Positions 6,187 through 11,464 of a DNA stretch of 11,464 nt are shown one piece after another. Under the pieces are notes generated by a model that worked only from the letters and a program-made list of their open reading frames with translations, had not been told where the DNA came from and did not search any database. The stretch comes from Candidatus Bipolaricaulia bacterium (GTDB lineage: Bacteria; Bipolaricaulota; Bipolaricaulia; JBHIAT01). The position numbers and the translations under genes are program-made. Position 1 is the stretch's first letter. Every line of letters begins with the position of its first letter. The stretch covers positions 1-11,464 of the forward strand of contig JBHIAT010000123.1 of assembly GCA_046758705.1 (NCBI GenBank), read 5' to 3'.

Positions 6187-6906
6187 TCATAGCTCATCGA
6201 AGAACGCTCGGACCGCGTCCAGGATAGCCGAGGCGATCAGTCGTTGATAAGCCGGGTCGGTCAGCTTTGTCGCCTCTGCGGGATTGGAGATAAAGCCAAC
6301 CTCCACCAACACAGCGGGCATGGTCGCCTCCTGGATGTACATCCGCAGGCTCCGTTTGATCCCACGGTCCCGAGTGTCGAGGCGCTCGGAGAAGTGTTGC
6401 TGCAGGAGCCGGGCGAGCCGAAAGCTCTCTGGAAATGGGTAGTTCGGCCACAGAAACTCCAGAATGGAAAGCTCAAACCGCGGATGGTTATGGACCCAGG
6501 TCTCAAACCCGCCGAAGCTCGGGTTGGAAGAGGCATTGGCGTGAATACTGATGTAGAGATCCGCCCGTTGTGCGTTGGCGGATTGGATCCGATCGGGTGG
6601 GGCGATGTAGCGATCGTCCTCACGGGTCAGGGCAATCCGGAACCCAGGTTCCGCGGCCCCCAGCTTCTGGATGGCTGTGGCGATTCCCAGAGTGACCCAC
6701 TTCTCGATGGTCCCCCCCGGCCCTTGGCCGCCGGGATCGATCCCCCCGTGGCCGGGATCGATCACCACCAGCAAGGTTTCAGCCTCCAACTCCGCCTCCA
6801 CCCCGACCCCGACAGCCAAGCAGACCATTAACCCGATCACGAGAGCGAGACGGCGGATCCTCCTGGTTGTGATCAGATCTTCAGTGAGCGGTTGACGTAC
6901 CATCAT
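6187..6906 (-). CDS. N-acetylmuramoyl-L-alanine amidase (Amidase_3) with N-terminal signal or anchor helix
   Basis: VVIDPGHGGIDPG, IEK, LTREDD, ISIHANA, PAVLVEVGFISN (Zn ligands H, E, H and catalytic E), with RRIRR plus a hydrophobic stretch at the N-terminus. Start uncertain (6915, 6906 or 6903); 6915 abuts the predicted -10. Confidence 0.92.
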   Translation of the reverse strand: MMVRQPLTEDLITTRRIRRLALVIGLMVCLAVGVGVEAELEAETLLVVIDPGHGGIDPGGQGPGGTIEKWVTLGIATAIQKLGAAEPGFRIALTREDDRYIAPPDRIQSANAQRADLYISIHANASSNPSFGGFETWVHNHPRFELSILEFLWPNYPFPESFRLARLLQQHFSERLDTRDRGIKRSLRMYIQEATMPAVLVEVGFISNPAEATKLTDPAYQRLIASAILDAVRAFFDEL

Positions 6907-6916
6907 CGATTGCATT

Positions 6917-6946
6917 ATTATAAGAAAGGTCGGTGCGACGCTGCAA
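6917..6946 (-). promoter_or_regulatory. Putative sigma70 promoter of the amidase gene
   Basis: Minus strand TTGCAG (6946-6941), 18 nt, TATAAT (6922-6917). Confidence 0.6.
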
Positions 6947-6990
6947 TTTTCTATGCTCTATTGACATCCACGAGGGGAGGGAAGGGCCTC

Positions 6991-9516
6991 ATGCGCAGGT
7001 TCCTGTTGCGCTATCAGAGCATCATTATCTGGACGGTTGCGGTGGCATTCCTGGTCGGCGGGGTCATCCTGTTCACCCCGGGAGGTCAACGCATCTTCAG
7101 TACCATCGGTGGTCGGGCAACACCTGCGACAATCGCCATTCGAGTCAACGGGGACGAGATCAGTCAAGAAGATTTCGACAACTTCCTCACCAACCAGATC
7201 CAGCAGTATCAGCTCCTCTACACCCAGTTGGGTCAGGATTTTTCATCCCAGCTCCGTGGGGCGGAGGGTGGGCTATTTCGACTCCAGGTGGGATCGGATG
7301 TGGCCGATTCGCTGATCCGGAGAACCCTGCTGTCTCAGGAGATGGATCGACGGAAGATCCGGGCATCACGGTCCGAACTGAATGCGAACTATGAGCGCCG
7401 CTATCGGGCAATACTCGAGAACAACGGTCTCACCGAGGACGACCTGAGGCAAATCCTGAGGACCCGTGACCAGACGCTTTCCGATTTCCAACAGAGTTTG
7501 AGGGCGCAGATCGAAGACGATCTGAGGATGGAGCAGCTCCAGGGGATGGTGGTCGGCGAGATCACGCCCGCAGAGGATGAACTGCGGGGCTACCTGGATG
7601 AGAACCAGACCCGATACACCGAGCCGGAGCGGGTTCACGCCCGCCATATTCTGGTGGGGAATGAGGCACTCGCCCAGGAGGTGTTGGAGCAGATAGAGGC
7701 TGGGGTCGACTTCGCCGAGCTGGCCCAGACCTACTCCGAGGATGAGGCGACCGCCACGAACGGCGGAGACCTCGGGTATTTCGGGCGAGGTGAGATGGTC
7801 CCGGCGTTTGAGGAGGCCGCCTTCTCTCTGGAGCCCGGCGAGACCAGCGAGCCGATCGAGACCAACTTCGGCTACCATATCATTCAGCTGATCGATCGGA
7901 CCGAAACACAGGTTCCAGAGTTCGAGGAGGTCCGGGATCAGCTTCAACAGGATTTCATCGCCGAGCAACGGACCGAGCAGTTCGAGACCTGGTACCAGGG
8001 GATCCAGGACCAGGCTGAGATTGAGATTGATCGGCCCTTGTTGGTCGCCTACCGGCTCCAGGACGAGAACTGGGAAGCAGCGGTCGAGGCATACCAGCAG
8101 GTCGCCCGGCGCGGGGATCCCTTCGATCCTTACATCCCTTACTACATTGGGCGACTCTATGAACAAGCGATCGTTGAGGCCGAGGAACAACGCAGCGACG
8201 AAGCGACGGAGGAGCAGATCGCAGCCCTGGACGAAGAGATCGTCGGGTATCGGCGACAGGCGATCGATTATTATCTTGAGGTGGAGGATGAGCAGGTACT
8301 CAATCGAGCGTTGCTCCTCGACCCCGATCATGCCGTCGCCAACCTCCGCTACGGGGAGATGCTGAGCGAGCAGGGGCGCTACGTGGAGGCGTTCCAATAC
8401 CTCACTAAGGCGGTCGAGACCCAGGAGGACGATCCGGAGGCCCACATCGCTCTGAGTGATCTTCTCATCGAACTGCAGAACTACGAGCAAGCGGTCGAGG
8501 GGTATGAGCGGGCACTGGAGTTGTTGCTCGAAGAGGGAGTCAATCCGTTCCGAATCGCGCAGATTCGCGTCAAGTTGGGGAACGCCTACCTTCGCAAAGG
8601 CGATATGGAACAAGCCCAGGACCGCTTCGAGATCGTCCTCGATGGGGACCCCGACCATCTGGAAGCGCTGATCGGCCTGGGCGACGTTCACGCCGCTCAA
8701 GAGGCGTATGACGCCGCAGAACGTCTCTATGGGCAAGCCTTGGAGATCGCCGACCGGAACGACCTGCGGGTGAAACACGGTGAGGTCTACCTGAAGCAGA
8801 GCAAGCTGGAACAGGCCAAAGCGGAGTTTCAGCAGGTCATCCGCCGATCCCCATACTCGGCCCGGGCGTACCTCGGCCTGGGGGATGTCTATCAGGAGCA
8901 AGGGTTGGGTGAACGGGCGCTGGCACAGTACCGAGATGGTTTCAACCGTAGCCAGGAGAACGACCTGAAGCAGGAGTTTGCCCAACGGATCTTGGAGCTG
9001 GACCCCGATGATCTCGACACTCGGTTCCGACTCGCCCGCGTCTACAGCGACCAATTCATCTACAGCCTTGCCATCGAGCAATATGAGAAGATCCTGGAGT
9101 ACGATCCGGAGTCGGTGGATGCTTACCAGGGACTCGGGGAAGCCTACATGCAGCGGGTCGACTATGTACGTGCGATCGAGAGCTTTTCGAACGCGGTCCA
9201 GCGGGCCGATTCCGACGAGCGAAAGCTGGCGCTGTATCAGGCGATCCTGGAGGCCGACGAGAATCGGGTCAGGGAGGCGGAGGCCGTGGGAGAGGGAGAG
9301 TCGGCCGAACTGAGCGACGCCGGTCGCGACGCTCTGTTCCAGCTGGGAAAGCTCTACTTCGATCGGGCGAGCGATCTGCAAGCGCGGGAGCATCTCGAGC
9401 GGCTGCGGGAGATCGATCCCGACTTTAGAGCCGAGGAGGTCGAGGCGATCCTCGCCGAGATCGAGAAGGAGTTGCCGGCGCAGCCGGATGAGGGCGAGGG
9501 CGATGGACGCCCCTAA
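6991..9516 (+). CDS. Membrane-anchored SurA/PrsA/PpiD-like chaperone: SurA N-domain, parvulin PPIase and long TPR array (about 841 aa)
   Basis: GGAGG at 6976-6980 before ATG 6991. IIIWTVAVAFLVGGVILF anchor, IRVNGDEIS SurA-N start, parvulin HARHILV...FAELAQTYSED...GGDLGYFGRGEMVPAFEEAAFSL..GETSEPIETNFGYHII, then many TPR units (AHIALSDL...AVEGYERALEL, ALIGLGDV...YGQALEI, AYLGLGDVY, AYQGLGEAY). Confidence 0.88.
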   Translation: MRRFLLRYQSIIIWTVAVAFLVGGVILFTPGGQRIFSTIGGRATPATIAIRVNGDEISQEDFDNFLTNQIQQYQLLYTQLGQDFSSQLRGAEGGLFRLQVGSDVADSLIRRTLLSQEMDRRKIRASRSELNANYERRYRAILENNGLTEDDLRQILRTRDQTLSDFQQSLRAQIEDDLRMEQLQGMVVGEITPAEDELRGYLDENQTRYTEPERVHARHILVGNEALAQEVLEQIEAGVDFAELAQTYSEDEATATNGGDLGYFGRGEMVPAFEEAAFSLEPGETSEPIETNFGYHIIQLIDRTETQVPEFEEVRDQLQQDFIAEQRTEQFETWYQGIQDQAEIEIDRPLLVAYRLQDENWEAAVEAYQQVARRGDPFDPYIPYYIGRLYEQAIVEAEEQRSDEATEEQIAALDEEIVGYRRQAIDYYLEVEDEQVLNRALLLDPDHAVANLRYGEMLSEQGRYVEAFQYLTKAVETQEDDPEAHIALSDLLIELQNYEQAVEGYERALELLLEEGVNPFRIAQIRVKLGNAYLRKGDMEQAQDRFEIVLDGDPDHLEALIGLGDVHAAQEAYDAAERLYGQALEIADRNDLRVKHGEVYLKQSKLEQAKAEFQQVIRRSPYSARAYLGLGDVYQEQGLGERALAQYRDGFNRSQENDLKQEFAQRILELDPDDLDTRFRLARVYSDQFIYSLAIEQYEKILEYDPESVDAYQGLGEAYMQRVDYVRAIESFSNAVQRADSDERKLALYQAILEADENRVREAEAVGEGESAELSDAGRDALFQLGKLYFDRASDLQAREHLERLREIDPDFRAEEVEAILAEIEKELPAQPDEGEGDGRP

Positions 9517-9757
9517 CGGGCCCCCGACCGACACGGTCGACCTGTATGTGGAGATCGATGAGGGTAATCTCCACTTCCTCGATACGATCGTCAGTGGGTA
9601 CGACGGCATCGCCAACGTCAGACGGGATTATCGGCTCCATCATGGCCGGACCTACTTCCGCATCCTCGTCTCTCCCGACTTTATCGCTGAGATCAACCAG
9701 GTGCTCGAGCAGGTCCAGGACTACATCGAGATCGGCGAGATCTACATGGAACCTTAG
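9503..9757 (+). CDS. Small hypothetical protein, DUF4911-like
   Basis: DLYVEIDEGNLHFLDTIVSGYDGIANVR...FRILVSPDFIAEINQVL resembles the DUF4911 pattern (from memory). It overlaps the upstream gene stop. ATG 9503 has GAGGG 8 nt upstream; alternative start is 9488. Confidence 0.7.
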   Translation: MDAPNGPPTDTVDLYVEIDEGNLHFLDTIVSGYDGIANVRRDYRLHHGRTYFRILVSPDFIAEINQVLEQVQDYIEIGEIYMEP

Positions 9758-9781
9758 GACGCCTCGGTGAGGGAACCCATC

Positions 9782-11407
9782 ATGTTCGAACGGCTCACCC
9801 CCGATGAACAGTTTCGGTCGATCTACGAGATCGATTTCTCCCGGCTGCGGGAGCGCGGTAAACGGGGGATCATCTTCGATCTGGACAACACCCTGGGTGT
9901 GTGGGGAGTCAAGCGACTCGATGCGCGGGCCCACCAGTTGTTGGATCGGTTGAAGCGCGACGGGTTCAAGGTCGGGATATTGAGCAACGGTCATGAGGCG
10001 AGTCGAAGGGATCTGAAGGCGACCCTGGACGGTTACATCGTCCTGTTCGACGCTCGCAAGCCCCGCCGATCAGCCTACGAGCAGATCCTCTCCCAGATGG
10101 GGCTCAAGCCCGAGGAGGCGGTGATGGTCGGGGATCAGATCATCACCGACATCTACGGGGCCAAGCGGGCCGGCCTCTATACTATCCAGGTCTCACCCAT
10201 CGACCCGAGCCGTGAATTCTTGTTCACCCAGTTCAACCGGCTGTTGGAACGGGTGATCGCCCTGTTGAGATCCTATGTGCTGTTTCTCGGGTTTCGCTAC
10301 TTCAAACGACGGAGACGGCAGATCTGGCTGTCGATCGCCGGGGTTGCCGTCGGGGTGATCGTGTTGAACGTCACCCTGGCGATCCTCGATGGGTTCGATA
10401 ACTACCTGCTCGGCAGGATCACCGCCTACAACCCCCACATCGTCATCTCGTCCCGATGGTTCGAGGACATTGCGAATTGGGAGCAGGTCATAGACCAGGT
10501 ACGCGGTGTGAAGGGAGTGACCGCTGTCGCCCCGCTGGCCTTCGGTGAAGCGATCCTACAGGGTGGCGGCAGCGTTACCGGAGTCCAGGTTTGGGGTATG
10601 ACTCAGAGTTTCGATGAGGTGGTTCACATCGAGGGGATGAAAGATCTGACCTCCGATGGGATCCTGGTCGGTGCCGAGGTCGCCGATCTTTTGGGTCTGT
10701 CGCCGGGCGATCCGGTCTTTCTCACCTCCCATCTCGCTCTGGAGCAGCGGTTCACCGTCGCAAGGATCTTCGACACCGGCATATACCAGTATGATTTAAC
10801 CTGGACGTTCATCCCGCTGGAGCAGGCGAACGAGCTGTTTGGTGTGGGTGTCAATCACATCGGGGTTCGGGTGGCACAGCCGATGCGGGTCGAGGAGATC
10901 ACCACCGCCATCGACGCCGAAGTCAGCTCGGGGTTTCGGGTCCGCAACTGGCAAAGTGCCAACCGGCCCTACCTGCAAGCCCTGTTGTTACAGAGGCGGG
11001 TGAGCTCACTCTTGGTACTGCTTATCCTGGTCGTCGCCGGCTTCGGGATCGCCAATGCGCTGATGATGATGGTCGGTGATAAGACCCGAGAGATCGGTAT
11101 CCTCAGGGCGCTGGGCGCGTCCAAGCGAGCGATTCAACGGCTGTTCGTTCTCGAGGGGCTGTTGATCGGAATCGTCGGTATGCTTTTGGGGACCGCGATC
11201 GGCACAACCTTGATCAAGCTGATCCAACTCTACCCGATCCCGCTGCCGGGCCGTGCCTACGACGTCACTTCGGTCCCGGTGGAGATCCATATCAGCAACT
11301 TCCTGTTGACCGCCCTGTTCGCCATCATTGTCTCGCTGGTTGCCGCATACTTCCCGGCGCGCAAGGCGGCCGGTCTCGATCCGGTCGAAGCGATCCGGTA
11401 TGAGTAA
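9782..11407 (+). CDS. Fusion: YqeG-family HAD-IIIA phosphatase plus LolC/LolE-like (MacB-PCD/FtsX) ABC permease (about 541 aa)
   Basis: N-part (9782-10264): PDEQFRSIYEIDF..L, IFDLDNTL, ILSN, ARKP, MVGDQIITDIYGAKRAG, TQFNRLLER. C-part: LFLGFRYF...SIAGVAVGVIVLNVTLAILDGF...NPHIVI, FDTGIYQYD, NWQSAN, LVVAGFGIANALMMMVGDKTREIGILRALGAS, YFPARKAAGLDPVEAIRYE. Start moved to ATG 9782 (GAGGGA upstream). Confidence 0.88.
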   Translation: MFERLTPDEQFRSIYEIDFSRLRERGKRGIIFDLDNTLGVWGVKRLDARAHQLLDRLKRDGFKVGILSNGHEASRRDLKATLDGYIVLFDARKPRRSAYEQILSQMGLKPEEAVMVGDQIITDIYGAKRAGLYTIQVSPIDPSREFLFTQFNRLLERVIALLRSYVLFLGFRYFKRRRRQIWLSIAGVAVGVIVLNVTLAILDGFDNYLLGRITAYNPHIVISSRWFEDIANWEQVIDQVRGVKGVTAVAPLAFGEAILQGGGSVTGVQVWGMTQSFDEVVHIEGMKDLTSDGILVGAEVADLLGLSPGDPVFLTSHLALEQRFTVARIFDTGIYQYDLTWTFIPLEQANELFGVGVNHIGVRVAQPMRVEEITTAIDAEVSSGFRVRNWQSANRPYLQALLLQRRVSSLLVLLILVVAGFGIANALMMMVGDKTREIGILRALGASKRAIQRLFVLEGLLIGIVGMLLGTAIGTTLIKLIQLYPIPLPGRAYDVTSVPVEIHISNFLLTALFAIIVSLVAAYFPARKAAGLDPVEAIRYE

Positions 11408-11409
11408 TT

Positions 11410-11441
11410 GTCAACTACCCCGGACTGAAGTCCGGGGCTTG
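11410..11441 (+). mobile_element. IS200/IS605-family end hairpin of IscB/IsrB omegaRNA (HEARO) 5'-end type, or an orphan REP/MITE-like derivative
   Basis: GTCAACTA-CCCCGGAC-TGAA-GTCCGGGG-CTTG: perfect 8-bp stem (11418-11437) with GTCAAC leader and GCTTG trailer, and no U-tract. Only 23 nt of downstream context is available. Confidence 0.65.
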
Positions 11442-11464
11442 AAGGAGTAGCGGATGCCAACCGC

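Noticed and set aside
6892-6990. Longer N-terminus of the chaperone from TTG 6892
   Set aside because: Overlaps the divergent amidase start and promoter; ATG 6991 has GGAGG and directly precedes the anchor helix.
7366-9615. 749-aa antisense ORF
   Set aside because: Shadow of the chaperone-TPR gene, with no recognisable motifs and L/V-rich composition mirroring sense E/Q/D codons. The sense strand has clear domains.
11418-11445. Rho-independent terminator after the permease
   Set aside because: Strong stem but followed by CTTGAAGGAG, not a U-tract; the flanks fit an IS200/IS605-type end better.
1-11464. CRISPR array, rRNA, or real genes among the other short overlapping ORFs
   Set aside because: No regularly spaced direct repeats or rRNA motifs were seen; the remaining ORFs lie within well-supported genes in other frames and lack motifs.

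Overview
Bacterial chromosomal segment from a GC-rich, probably diderm lineage. The rny-spoVS, DUF4911 and LolC/E gene mix suggests Bipolaricaulota/Thermotogae-like groups, but this is inference only. Left end (1-1157): the decayed edge of an element integrated at a tRNA-Leu(CAA) gene, with a C-terminally truncated tyrosine recombinase and a frameshifted CxxC hypothetical gene running off the window. Core region: tRNA-Leu, pgsA, rluD-family pseudouridine synthase, a stand-alone nusA with a structured leader and short N-terminal domain, rny coupled to a spoVS with a long acidic tail, and an Amidase_3 gene. A probable envelope operon follows: SurA-N/parvulin/TPR chaperone, DUF4911-like protein, and an in-frame fusion of a YqeG-type HAD phosphatase to a LolC/E-type ABC permease. 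The window ends in a GTCAACTACCCC...GGGGCTTG hairpin typical of IS200/IS605 (IscB/omegaRNA-type) element ends. The most unusual items are the YqeG-LolC/E fusion and its operon, the terminal OMEGA-like hairpin, the nusA leader and the SpoVS tail. All family calls come from motif recognition by eye, not database searches.
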